A stretch of 64,000 bases of DNA from Rheinheimera sp. (GTDB lineage Bacteria > Pseudomonadota > Gammaproteobacteria > Enterobacterales > Alteromonadaceae), in assembly GCF_030690345.1 (NCBI RefSeq), contig NZ_JAUYGV010000008.1, forward strand, positions 433-64,432, written 5' to 3'. The notes beneath the pieces were generated by a model, which saw only the letters and a list, made by a program, of their open reading frames with translations, had not been told where the DNA came from and did not search any database. The position numbers and the translations under genes were made by a program. Below are positions 40,802 through 50,152 of the stretch, one piece after another. Within the stretch, counting starts at the first letter, position 1, and each line of letters opens with the position of its first letter.

Positions 40802-43561
40802 ATGGAAAATACGTCGTTTAGTAAACCGATTTTTAAACGCCTGGCTTTATTGTCAGTACTACTGTTGTTAGTCCAGGCTGCGCTGTTACTGCTATGGCAT
40901 AAACCTGAACCGGGCCTGGTTAATAAACAACTGGAACGGCTGGCTGCCGATACCCGGTTGGTTGGCCGCGTAGTGCAACCTTTACTGCGCCGAAACGATT
41001 ACAGTGCTATAGAACAAATATTGGCGCAGGCACGCGATGGCAACACTGACAGAGCAATGTACCTGTATCGTACTACCGAAAGTAACGAGACAGAACTGAT
41101 CGCCAACACCAACAACGTACAGGGCTTTGTACCACAGCCGGCATGGCAGGAAACCGCAGTGCAGCAACCGGGCTATCTGGTAGTACATCACCTTATAAAC
41201 GTTGGCCAGCAAAAAGCCTTACTGGTGTATGTACAGCAATTAACAATTAAACCGCTGTGGCCTTACGCAGCTATTTTTGCCATTAGTTTGGTAATAGGCC
41301 TGTTGCTCAGCGGCTTTTTTGCCTCTGCTATTTCCGGCTTTTTCAGCCGCCGTATTAAGCCTTTATTGCAGGGCACTAAACTGGCACTGGATAAAAATCA
41401 ATTTAACAGCAGCCTCGACAGCCACGCGCGTGACAGCTACGGCACCCTTGGCAGTTATATTAACCAGTTATTTCGCAAAATTGAGGCTGCACAACAAGGC
41501 CTTGCCGAATCAGAGCAAAATATTAAAACGCTGAAGCAGGAAGTAGACACGCGAATTAAAGAGCGCACCGACGCACTGGAAACGGCAAAACTGACAGCGG
41601 AAAAGGCCAATGAAGCCAAATCTACCTTCCTGGCTACCATGAGCCACGAAATACGCACGCCAATGAACGGCATTATCGGCACTATCGATTTACTGCGTAA
41701 AACCCAGCTGTCTACCTCGCAATTTCGTATGACAGATACCGTACGGGAGTCGTCATTCTCGCTGCTGCGCATTTTAGACGACATTCTGGATTTCTCTAAA
41801 ATTGAAGCCGGTAAGCTGGAACTGGAAACCATACCGCTGTCGTTGGTGGAAATTATTGAAGCGGTAGGCCGTATTCTGGTGTCAGTAGCGTATCAGCGCC
41901 AAATCGATTTAAAGCTGTTTATCGACCCGCGCATTCCGGATGGCCTGGTTGGCGACCCTGTGCGGTTACGGCAAATTCTGTATAACCTGGCCGGCAATGC
42001 GATTAAATTTACCCAAACCACACCGGAAACCACCGGTCTGGTGGTAATAAAAGCTGAACTGCTGGAAGAGAATATGGACTTCAGCCAAATTCAGTTCAGT
42101 ATTATCGACAACGGCAAAGGCATGACGCAGCGCCAAATAAGCTATGTGTTCCAACCATTTAACCAGGCCGAAGGTTCCATTACGCGTAAATTTGGCGGCA
42201 CCGGACTGGGCTTGTCTATTTGCCAGCGCTTAACCACGCTGATGTACGGCGACATTAATGTGGTCAGTGAAGTTGATAAAGGTACCGAATTTAAAGTACG
42301 GGTGCCGATGCGCCGCTCAGACGAAATTCATTATCTGGATAAAGAGCTGTTACGCGATATTCATCTGTGCCTGTTTACTACAGATGCGCATAACCGGGCG
42401 CACTTACAAGCGTACTTTGCTTATGCCGGTGCCGAACTTAGCACAGAGCACAGCTTTGAAGCACTGCAGGCCAGAGCCGCTGCGATGAAGCCGCTACCGC
42501 CCAAGCAAGCCGCTGTCTGGGTACTGGATGCTACCTATGAGCAAATTTCTGCGAATGAAATTGACCTGCTGCAACAAACGCCGGGCATGAGTCAGGTACA
42601 GTTTGTTGTCATTACCAATCAGGTGGAGTTATCTGAGCGTAGTAATGACAAAATCTATTATCTGCACAGCTCACCTATTTGCCGCAGCCATTTATACGAT
42701 GCGGTGTTAATTGCGGCTAAACGTAAAGCTAAACCGGTGTACGCCGGTGAGAAAACCCCGACCGCCGCAGCGCCGTCGATTGAACAAGCACGTAAACAAC
42801 GCCGCCTGGTGTTACTGGCCGAAGACAATCTGATGAACCAACGGGTGATTGTCGACCAATTAAACGCCCTTGGCTATGCGGTAGAAGTCGCCGACGATGG
42901 CGCTATCGCGCTGGAAAAATGGCGCCGCTATCACTACCCGTTGCTGTTGACTGATCTGCATATGCCCAATATGAGCGGCTATGACCTGGCAAGCGCAATA
43001 CGTAAAGAAAGCCTGCACCTGAGCGAAGGCGCTGAGTTTACCCGCATTGTCGCTGTAACTGCCAATGCTCTCAAAGGTGAAGAGCAAAAGTGCCTGAGTA
43101 TTGGTATGGACGGTTATATTACTAAACCGATTGAGCTGGCCACGCTGGAACTGATGTTAGCGCGCTGGCTACCGCACCCGCAAAGCGGTAAAAAAGCAGT
43201 GCCGGTAAGTGGCGATAATGGCCAGAATAACTCACCGATTTGTTTTACCACCATCGCCAATTTCCTTGGCAATGACCCGGCCAAACACGAAGAATACCTG
43301 AATTACTTTGTCAAACATGCTGCTGAACTGCTAACCAACCTGAGCAACAGTGCAGAGCAACAAGATCGCAGTACCGCGCGCTCTATAGCACATCAGTTTA
43401 AATCAGTGGCAAAAAGCGTCGGCGCCCTCAGTTTATCCGCTGATGCAGCGAAGCTGGAAAAAGCCGCAGAAGAAAGCGATTGGTCAGTTATCAACGAGTA
43501 TATCCGTCAAATGCAGGAGAAATATCAGGAAGTGGTAAGCTACGTGAAGCAGCGTTACTAA
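40802..43561 (+). CDS. hybrid sensor histidine kinase/response regulator with C-terminal Hpt domain
   Basis: 919-aa ORF with two TM helices flanking a ~130-aa periplasmic region, HisKA ([15 protein letters not shown]), HATPase_c (N-box [12 protein letters not shown]-boxes DNGKGM and GGTGLGLSI), a receiver ([10 protein letters not shown]...[16 protein letters not shown]...TANA...KP) and Hpt-like [12 protein letters not shown]. Confidence 0.9.
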   Translation: MENTSFSKPIFKRLALLSVLLLLVQAALLLLWHKPEPGLVNKQLERLAADTRLVGRVVQPLLRRNDYSAIEQILAQARDGNTDRAMYLYRTTESNETELIANTNNVQGFVPQPAWQETAVQQPGYLVVHHLINVGQQKALLVYVQQLTIKPLWPYAAIFAISLVIGLLLSGFFASAISGFFSRRIKPLLQGTKLALDKNQFNSSLDSHARDSYGTLGSYINQLFRKIEAAQQGLAESEQNIKTLKQEVDTRIKERTDALETAKLTAEKANEAKSTFLATMSHEIRTPMNGIIGTIDLLRKTQLSTSQFRMTDTVRESSFSLLRILDDILDFSKIEAGKLELETIPLSLVEIIEAVGRILVSVAYQRQIDLKLFIDPRIPDGLVGDPVRLRQILYNLAGNAIKFTQTTPETTGLVVIKAELLEENMDFSQIQFSIIDNGKGMTQRQISYVFQPFNQAEGSITRKFGGTGLGLSICQRLTTLMYGDINVVSEVDKGTEFKVRVPMRRSDEIHYLDKELLRDIHLCLFTTDAHNRAHLQAYFAYAGAELSTEHSFEALQARAAAMKPLPPKQAAVWVLDATYEQISANEIDLLQQTPGMSQVQFVVITNQVELSERSNDKIYYLHSSPICRSHLYDAVLIAAKRKAKPVYAGEKTPTAAAPSIEQARKQRRLVLLAEDNLMNQRVIVDQLNALGYAVEVADDGAIALEKWRRYHYPLLLTDLHMPNMSGYDLASAIRKESLHLSEGAEFTRIVAVTANALKGEEQKCLSIGMDGYITKPIELATLELMLARWLPHPQSGKKAVPVSGDNGQNNSPICFTTIANFLGNDPAKHEEYLNYFVKHAAELLTNLSNSAEQQDRSTARSIAHQFKSVAKSVGALSLSADAAKLEKAAEESDWSVINEYIRQMQEKYQEVVSYVKQRY

Positions 43562-43563
43562 GT
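43493..43563. repeat. direct repeat copy 1 (last 22 codons + stop of the hybrid kinase gene), repeated at 46396..46466
   Basis: Hand alignment at an offset of 2903 bp gives 66/71 identical. All 5 differences are synonymous third-codon positions. Confidence 0.9.
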
Positions 43564-43576
43564 CGCCTCATTGATT

Positions 43577-43600
43577 AACCGGAGCCTTAAGGCTCCGGTT
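43577..43600. terminator. perfect 10-bp palindromic hairpin between the convergent kinase and lipoprotein genes
   Basis: AACCGGAGCC-ttaa-GGCTCCGGTT. There is no U tract on either side, so terminator function is uncertain. Confidence 0.45.
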
Positions 43601-43613
43601 ACACTTGTGCTAA

Positions 43614-46244
43614 TCAGAACGTTGTATATTGTGCTTTGCTTGGTTTAAGCACTTTACGTACTACTTTTTTCACATTAAAAGTCTGGGTGCTAAGCGCATT
43701 TTGCGGTGCGGTATCATTCCAGTATTCGTAGTCAATCTCTTCATACATACCAATACGACCAGCAATTATCAAGGCGCCTTCACGGAATGACTCTTCCCGA
43801 ACATACAAACGCCGTCCCAACAGACCATCTTCCATTTTTAACACTGTCCATTCACGCTGTTGCTGTAAAGGCTCGTAGAATAATGTCATACCGTTATCGC
43901 CATTGAGCTGCCAGGTTAATGGTGGCGTGTTCACTTTCGGGTCAAATGCCGGTGGAAAATCTGTTAACGGAAATGGGGAAATTACCCTGTTACCGCTATT
44001 GTCAGCGTTCAGTTGCCAACCAAAAAACTGTGAAAAGACGTTTTCTGTGTCACTGCAATCAGGATCCGCCGGACAAAATAATAACCGGCCGTTATCCCAA
44101 CTTTCTTTAGTCCAGGAGTTAATCATCGTTTGCCAATATTGTTCTTCAGCATTGGCCAGCAAGCTTGCATCAACACCAGCATCGGTTTTAAAGGCATACT
44201 CTGCCTCAGCCGCAATAATGTTGTCGTCTGTATCATAGACCGTAGTAAACACCTGCAAGTCTGTACCGGACTGGTCAATAATTTCCAGTTTAACAGCAGT
44301 GCCATCTGATATTGTAAGGAATAGCTGGCCATCAGTTACCTGCCAATTGAAGGTTCTGTCAGTGGCAGTTCCTAAACCGGTACCATCGGCATTAAACAGC
44401 AGTGGGTCCAGGTAGAAATTAGTTAAATCTCCGCCTTGAAACGGCAGGTTTTGCGTATAGTAGGTATTTATCGCCCAAGTTCCGGCCATTTGTTCTGCAT
44501 CAAAAGCTAACTCTGAGTTACTCTGCTTACGCATTAAAACATTGCTGCTAAATTCAATCGTATCTGATGCTTCAACTAAGCCCTGACTCGTTTGCACAGG
44601 TACCACTTCACGCCGTTGTATACCTGCCTGACGATATGTATCAATTAGTTGGCCTTGTGTAACTCTGGATAACTCAACCGAATCGATATAATACATAACT
44701 GCAACCTGAGAAATATTATCCGTAGTTAACCAATCTACCTGTTGTTGAGTCAGGCCTGCAGCTCCAACTGCCACACCGACAAAACTGGTGAAACTTGAAG
44801 CTGCATTAATATAATCAATGCTGATTTTGCCATTTATCAGTTCCCATTCAAAAGTAGATTCACCGCTACTGATTGCATGTAAACCTGTGCCGTCCTCATT
44901 AAACTGCCAACGCTCACCACCGCGGGATAAAAAGCCCGGCGCAGCAGCGTAAGTGCGAAAGTACAATGGTGCAATTGCATCGGCGGTTACCGGCGGAGTT
45001 AATGTCGGATCTGCCACGATGGCTGCGATGGTATCTTCAATCAAGCTCGGCTGTTCTGCTTCAATTTGCGTAACCAAAGCATTGTAAGCGCCAACATTCG
45101 CCAGTAGCGCTACTATATCTGTAGTACCGTCCGGCAGAGCAATATCCGGGTTGTCAGTAAGAATCTTTACAACAGCTGCAGCCTCGGCCAATTCATCAGC
45201 ATCAATAGATTTTTCTACGAAGGTTAGATCATTGATATTTGCCGGCACCACTCCGTTATTGGCACTAACTAGTAAAGAGTACAACGCGGTGGATACAGCT
45301 GTTACCGAAACAGTGTTAGAGCCATCTGCTGCCACACTGACTTGAGTATCTGCAGGCTTGCTTTTTACGGAAGCGACAGAAACTACTTCAGCCACGGTAA
45401 AACCGGAATAGACAGCATTGTATTTTAAGCGAGTGTTGGCAACTGATGTCACCTCAACAACTACTACGCTATCAGTAAGGTCATCATCTAATTCCAGCTC
45501 AATTACAAAGGCACCATTTTCGTCTACTACAGCAGTTGCCGGCAGCGCCGCGCCGCTCAAAACAGCCTCAGCACCACTGAAATCAGCACCACTAACCTGC
45601 CCCTCCAGCGTAAACGCTACCAATGCAGGCGCAATATCGACCACTAACTCTAATTCGGCAGTTTCATCATCATCATCTGTCACCGTTAACATAAAGCTAA
45701 GCGAAGTAAGCTCTGTAACCGCTGGTGTAGTGAAACTAACCGTATCAGTGTCGCTTCCGGTCAAGGCTACAGTTGGCCCTGCTGTTTGCAGCCAACTAAC
45801 AGCAGTAATCTCGCCGTCATCAGTAAGCGGGGCTGTTAATGAGATGTCTGCTTTTTCGGCTATCGCATCAGGTTCACCACTTAACTGCGGCAGGAGGTTA
45901 TTTAAAAGAGTAACAGTGACATCATCCGTTGCCGTCTGCCCTTTGGCGTCGGTTACCGATAGCCTTAACACAGCGGCACTGTCAACATCTACCGATGGGG
46001 CAGTTATCGTCGGCGACAACGTATCCAGGGCTGAAAAGATCACGTCGGGCCCTGACATCTGAGACCAGCTAACCGTCAATTCGCCCTCACCGCTGGCAGA
46101 ACTGCCGCTGATTTGCACTGAGCGTCGCTCTTTCAGACTAACGTCTGCGCCGGCATTTGCCACGGCATCATCGTCAGATGAACAGCCTCCTAACAAAACA
46201 CCTGCGACAAGCACTGCTGCCACTTTTTTACGCCATACAGCCAT
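43614..46244 (-). CDS. large surface/periplasmic lipoprotein with two N-terminal PKD/Ig-like repeats, function unknown
   Basis: 876-aa ORF with a lipobox LLGGCSSDDD and two ~95-aa repeats (VSWSQMSGPDV...LSVTDAKGQTATDDVTVTL / VSWLQTAGPTV...LTVTDDDDETAELELVV). Recurring later modules have the form F/W-x-F-N-x-DGTG...F-x-W-x-(V/L)-x-x-G. Confidence 0.8.
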   Translation of the reverse strand: MAVWRKKVAAVLVAGVLLGGCSSDDDAVANAGADVSLKERRSVQISGSSASGEGELTVSWSQMSGPDVIFSALDTLSPTITAPSVDVDSAAVLRLSVTDAKGQTATDDVTVTLLNNLLPQLSGEPDAIAEKADISLTAPLTDDGEITAVSWLQTAGPTVALTGSDTDTVSFTTPAVTELTSLSFMLTVTDDDDETAELELVVDIAPALVAFTLEGQVSGADFSGAEAVLSGAALPATAVVDENGAFVIELELDDDLTDSVVVVEVTSVANTRLKYNAVYSGFTVAEVVSVASVKSKPADTQVSVAADGSNTVSVTAVSTALYSLLVSANNGVVPANINDLTFVEKSIDADELAEAAAVVKILTDNPDIALPDGTTDIVALLANVGAYNALVTQIEAEQPSLIEDTIAAIVADPTLTPPVTADAIAPLYFRTYAAAPGFLSRGGERWQFNEDGTGLHAISSGESTFEWELINGKISIDYINAASSFTSFVGVAVGAAGLTQQQVDWLTTDNISQVAVMYYIDSVELSRVTQGQLIDTYRQAGIQRREVVPVQTSQGLVEASDTIEFSSNVLMRKQSNSELAFDAEQMAGTWAINTYYTQNLPFQGGDLTNFYLDPLLFNADGTGLGTATDRTFNWQVTDGQLFLTISDGTAVKLEIIDQSGTDLQVFTTVYDTDDNIIAAEAEYAFKTDAGVDASLLANAEEQYWQTMINSWTKESWDNGRLLFCPADPDCSDTENVFSQFFGWQLNADNSGNRVISPFPLTDFPPAFDPKVNTPPLTWQLNGDNGMTLFYEPLQQQREWTVLKMEDGLLGRRLYVREESFREGALIIAGRIGMYEEIDYEYWNDTAPQNALSTQTFNVKKVVRKVLKPSKAQYTTF

Positions 46245-46395
46245 AATAACTATCCTTATATTCGTCTAATCCACATGGATAAAACGCTTACATTCAGCAA
46301 AAATTCATAATCAACTATACCTGCAACTTGATAAACAGCCGAGGACATTCATTTATAGCGGATAATTTGCAGCAAAAGATGAGTAAAAAAGAAAT

Positions 46396-46464
46396 AACGA
46401 ATATATCCGTCAAATGCAGGAAAAATACCAGGAAGTGGTGAGTTACGTGAAGCAGCGTTACTAA
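46396..46464 (+). pseudogene. orphan 3' fragment (22 codons + stop) of a hybrid-kinase allele
   Basis: Translates to [22 protein letters not shown], identical to the kinase C-terminus, with 5 synonymous nucleotide differences. There is no upstream coding continuity. It is followed by a strong terminator. Confidence 0.85.
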
Positions 46465-46481
46465 GTTGTATTGCGCAGTTT

Positions 46482-46508
46482 AAAACGCCGGCGCAAAGCC
46501 GGCGTTTT
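46482..46508. terminator. bidirectional intrinsic terminator (kinase-fragment side / endonuclease gene side)
   Basis: AAAA-CGCCGGC-gcaaa-GCCGGCG-TTTT. Confidence 0.82.
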
Positions 46509-46513
46509 ACATT

Positions 46514-48121
46514 TTAATTGCCCCAAATGGCGCTGACAAATTGCGGGTGATCAATAAAAGGGTTACGGTTACCCTGATATTGATAAGCTGCGTCGTTACG
46601 ATCGCGCTCTTTCTGGCTGACCGGATCCTGCTGATGCCACTGCTTTAACAGCTGCAACAGCCAGCTTTCAAATACCTGAGTGGTGCTGCCATTTAGCGCT
46701 GCGTTGGCTTCACTGCTGTTGTTCTGCCAGTTAGCCAACTGGTGCTGATAACGCGTTGCCATATAAAAATATGCCCGCGCCACATCGCCTTTAAACTCAT
46801 CAATCGGCTCAAACACCACACCACTGTAGCCGGTGCCCGCAGCGGCATTGCCTAGTTTGCTACCATTGGTTGAGGTAAAACTTGCACTGCCTACTTCACC
46901 AAACGGATAACTGCCGCGTTTAGCATTAACGTAACCGTCGGTGGCGAATATATGGTGGATATCCGAGTTCATCGGCTCTATTGCACCACCAAACCAACTG
47001 CGCGGAAAGCTGTGCTCACGGTTATAGCAATCGGCCTCGCTGTTATAGCTGCCACACTGATCACTGCCGGCGGCATAGACATAGCTATCGCTTGCCGATG
47101 GTTTTTCGGAGTAAATATCTAAAATGGAACCGTCGTTCTCATAGTAGTTATCCAGCTCGTAAACATTATAAAAGCCCCAAATTGCGCTGTAGCCCTGCGC
47201 CGTATGGGTTTTAATAATGTTATGCAGTGCGGTTTTCAGGTTGTAGCCGGTTAAGCCGGCAGCATCTGCATAATAACTGCCTAAATCGCCGCCACCGCCC
47301 GTGCTGCCCAACGTAAAGCTATGGCTTTGCTGGCTGGCAAAAGCGCCGCCACTAAACACCGGTTGACCGCCTAAGGTCAGGCTATAGCTGCCATTACCAT
47401 AGCTGCAACAAATACCATCACCGTAGCTGTCGAAAATGGTAAAGGTGTAGTCCCCATCCGCCAGGCACCACTGTTCAGTGTAACTGCTGCTGGCGGCATA
47501 GCCATCGCCGCTGTACACAGTACCGCTGACATTTGCTACCAACTGCCAGCTGGTTTCAGCACCATAGTTGTCGGTGTTAAGTTCAAAGTCTGCGCTGGTA
47601 TTAGCACAGCCGGTCGGCGGTGGTGCCTGAGTTGTGGCCGGTTCAAACTGATCAACATACACCAGCTCTGCACCATCAAAACCGCTGACATCATAAAAGC
47701 GCAGACCAATTTCGATATTACCGCTGCTGGCAGCGGTATAGCTGTAACTCAGCGTTTGCCACTGTCCGGTTAGTTGCTCATTGGAGTAGCCCTGATAACC
47801 GTTAACATATAGCCGGGCTCTGACATTGCCCTCCGTATGATATACCGCGGTACTGAAGTTATAGGTTTGGCCGGCCGTAACGCTGACCAGTTGGCGAAAA
47901 TCGGTATTGGCCTGATCGGTAGTATTAACGCTAATGGCCGCGGCGCTGCTGCCGCTCAGTTTAGTATTGCCTGATTGGCTCAACGTAATACCGCTGTCAA
48001 TCAGGCTCCAGCTATCCGGCTGATTGCCTGTCCACTGCTCAAAACCGCCGTTAAGTACAGTAGCCTGTGCCGCTATACTGAGGGTAGCAAGCAGACCCGA
48101 CAAGATCGTAATTTTTCTCAT
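46514..48121 (-). CDS. secreted endonuclease I family nuclease fused to N-terminal CBM-like and Cys-rich domains
   Basis: 535-aa ORF with a signal peptide and an N-terminal jelly-roll-like region (VLNGGFEQW...). A middle module carries DSYGDGICCSYGNGSY. The C-terminal Endonuclease_1 motifs are YNREHSFPRSWFGG, DIHHIFATDGYVNAKRGSYPFG, KGDVARAYFYMATRY and GNRNPFIDHP. Confidence 0.85.
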   Translation of the reverse strand: MRKITILSGLLATLSIAAQATVLNGGFEQWTGNQPDSWSLIDSGITLSQSGNTKLSGSSAAAISVNTTDQANTDFRQLVSVTAGQTYNFSTAVYHTEGNVRARLYVNGYQGYSNEQLTGQWQTLSYSYTAASSGNIEIGLRFYDVSGFDGAELVYVDQFEPATTQAPPPTGCANTSADFELNTDNYGAETSWQLVANVSGTVYSGDGYAASSSYTEQWCLADGDYTFTIFDSYGDGICCSYGNGSYSLTLGGQPVFSGGAFASQQSHSFTLGSTGGGGDLGSYYADAAGLTGYNLKTALHNIIKTHTAQGYSAIWGFYNVYELDNYYENDGSILDIYSEKPSASDSYVYAAGSDQCGSYNSEADCYNREHSFPRSWFGGAIEPMNSDIHHIFATDGYVNAKRGSYPFGEVGSASFTSTNGSKLGNAAAGTGYSGVVFEPIDEFKGDVARAYFYMATRYQHQLANWQNNSSEANAALNGSTTQVFESWLLQLLKQWHQQDPVSQKERDRNDAAYQYQGNRNPFIDHPQFVSAIWGN

Positions 48122-48235
48122 GCTGTTTGTCCTGTGGCTGAAAAAACTGCCGGCCGGATAGCCAACAGTGCCACTACACTATTGCAAATAATTTGTATAA
48201 AAATAAAGCAGTGATGAATTTTTTATGAAAAATTC

Positions 48236-48263
48236 AATAAAAAAGGGCAGCACAAGGCTGCCC
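48236..48263 (-). terminator. intrinsic terminator downstream of aceA
   Basis: Minus strand GGGCAGC-cttgt-GCTGCCC followed by TTTTTTATT. Confidence 0.8.
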
Positions 48264-48328
48264 AAACTGTCAGTTACCTGACCACGTAGTATAAAACTAA
48301 ACTTAACTCATCACTTAACACTCAAAAG

Positions 48329-49924
48329 TTAAAACTGATTCATGGTGTTATGCGTACCACCGGCTTTCAGTGCGGCTTCACCGGAGAAATATTCTTTATG
48401 GTCATCGCCCACATCTGAGCCGGACATGTTCTGGTGTTTAACGCAGGCAATACCCTGGCGAATTTCTTTGCGTTGTACACCTTCTACATAACCCAGCATA
48501 CCGGCAGCACCAAAGTACTCTTTGGCCAGGTTGTCGGTAGACAGCGCCGCCGTATGATAAGTAGGCAGGGTGATCAGGTGATGGAAGATACCGGCTTCAC
48601 GCGCCGCATCGGCCTGGAAGGTACGAATACGGTTATCGGCTTCCAACGCCAGTTCTGTCGCATCGTAATCGGCACTCATCAGCAGCGCCCGATCATAGAC
48701 CGACACATCTTTACCGGCTGTTTTCCAGGCATCAAATACCTGCTGGCGGAAATTCAGTGTCCAGTTAAAGCTTGGGCTGTTGTTGTACACCAGCTTGGCA
48801 TTGGGTACCACTTCACGAATGCGGTTTACCATCTCCGCTATCTGGCCAACGTGCGGTTTTTCCGTTTCAATCCACAGTAAATCCGCACCGTGCTGCAGTG
48901 ACGTAATACAATCCAGTACTACCCGGTCAACACCACTGCCCGGTTTAAACTGAAACAAACCACTGGCTAAGCGTTTTGGTTTTAACAGCTTACCGTTGGC
49001 TTTTACTACCACATCGCCGTTGGCAATATCGTCCGCACCGCTGATTACGTCACCGTCTAAGAAGCTGTTGTATAAATCACCCAAGTCACCAGGCGCGTTA
49101 GTGACCGCAATTTGTTTGGTTAACCCGGCGCCTAAGGAGTCGGTGCGGGCGACGATAATACCGTCATCCACGCCCAGTTCTAAAAAGGCGTAACGCACAG
49201 CGTTAATTTTCGCCAAAAAGTCAGCGTGTGGCACGGTAACCTTACCGTCCTGGTGACCACATTGTTTTTCATCCGACACCTGGTTTTCAATCTGAATAGC
49301 ACAAGCACCGGCTTCAATCATTTTCTTCGCCAGTAAATAGGTGGCTTCTTCGTTACCAAAGCCGGCGTCGATATCAGCAATAATCGGCACAACATGGGTT
49401 TCAAAGTTATCAATTTTGCTTTGTACCGCTACGGCTTTGCTGCTGTCGCCGGCAGCTTTGGCGGCATCCAGTTCACGGAACAAGCCGCCTAACTCACGGG
49501 CATCGGCTTGCTTTAAAAAGGTATACAGCTCTTCGATTAAAGCCGGCACCGCCGTTTTCTCGTGCATCGATTGATCCGGCAACGGACCAAACTCAGAACG
49601 CAGCGCCGCTATCATCCAGCCGGACAAATACAGGTATTTACGTTTGGTAGTGCCGAAATGTTTCTTGATAGCGATCAGTTTTTGCTGACCAACGAAGCCA
49701 TGCCAGCAACCTAACGATTGCGTGTATTGGCTGCTGTCAGCATCATAGGCTGCCATATCAGCGCGCATAATTTTGGCGGTATATTTGGCAATGTCCAGCC
49801 CGGTATGAAAACGGTTCTGCGCCCGCATTCTGGCGGCAGACTCAGGGTTTATTGCACTCCATGCGTCGCCGTTTTGCTGGCGTAACTGCGCGATTTGTTG
49901 TATTGCATCTTGGTAAGCTGACAT
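48329..49924 (-). CDS. aceA: isocitrate lyase (long ~530-aa type)
   Basis: 531-aa ORF with the catalytic-loop signature QCGHQDGKV (KxCGH type), IENQVSDEK, and the general layout of Pseudomonas/Colwellia-type ICL. Confidence 0.93.
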   Translation of the reverse strand: MSAYQDAIQQIAQLRQQNGDAWSAINPESAARMRAQNRFHTGLDIAKYTAKIMRADMAAYDADSSQYTQSLGCWHGFVGQQKLIAIKKHFGTTKRKYLYLSGWMIAALRSEFGPLPDQSMHEKTAVPALIEELYTFLKQADARELGGLFRELDAAKAAGDSSKAVAVQSKIDNFETHVVPIIADIDAGFGNEEATYLLAKKMIEAGACAIQIENQVSDEKQCGHQDGKVTVPHADFLAKINAVRYAFLELGVDDGIIVARTDSLGAGLTKQIAVTNAPGDLGDLYNSFLDGDVISGADDIANGDVVVKANGKLLKPKRLASGLFQFKPGSGVDRVVLDCITSLQHGADLLWIETEKPHVGQIAEMVNRIREVVPNAKLVYNNSPSFNWTLNFRQQVFDAWKTAGKDVSVYDRALLMSADYDATELALEADNRIRTFQADAAREAGIFHHLITLPTYHTAALSTDNLAKEYFGAAGMLGYVEGVQRKEIRQGIACVKHQNMSGSDVGDDHKEYFSGEAALKAGGTHNTMNQF

Positions 49925-50152
49925 AGCAGTATCCTCTTGTTGCTTGTTGCCCGGCTTGCCGGACGCTGACTGTTCCCAGGCTGATGTGTTACCTGTTGCC
50001 TTACACTATAGGTTTCATTTTGATAATTCATAAAGGTGATTTTTGTGATGCCGGCCATTCATGGTATTAATACCAAACCAGGCTTGACGCTGGCCTGGTG
50101 GCTAATGCTATGATTCAGTTTAGTTATGAAAAATTGCCAGGCTATTTAACTA

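Noticed and set aside
43577-43600. The perfect 10-bp palindrome AACCGGAGCC/GGCTCCGGTT as a recombination (att/dif-like) site marking the islet boundary
   Set aside because: It occurs only once in the window, with no counterpart at the other islet junction near 46390-46470. It is most simply a stem-loop between convergent genes.
45418-46062. 214-aa plus-strand ORF antisense to the 876-aa lipoprotein gene
   Set aside because: It is a Ser/Thr/Val/Ala-rich low-complexity translation, the mirror image of the Asp/Thr/Val-rich repeats on the coding strand. There is no SD and no motifs.
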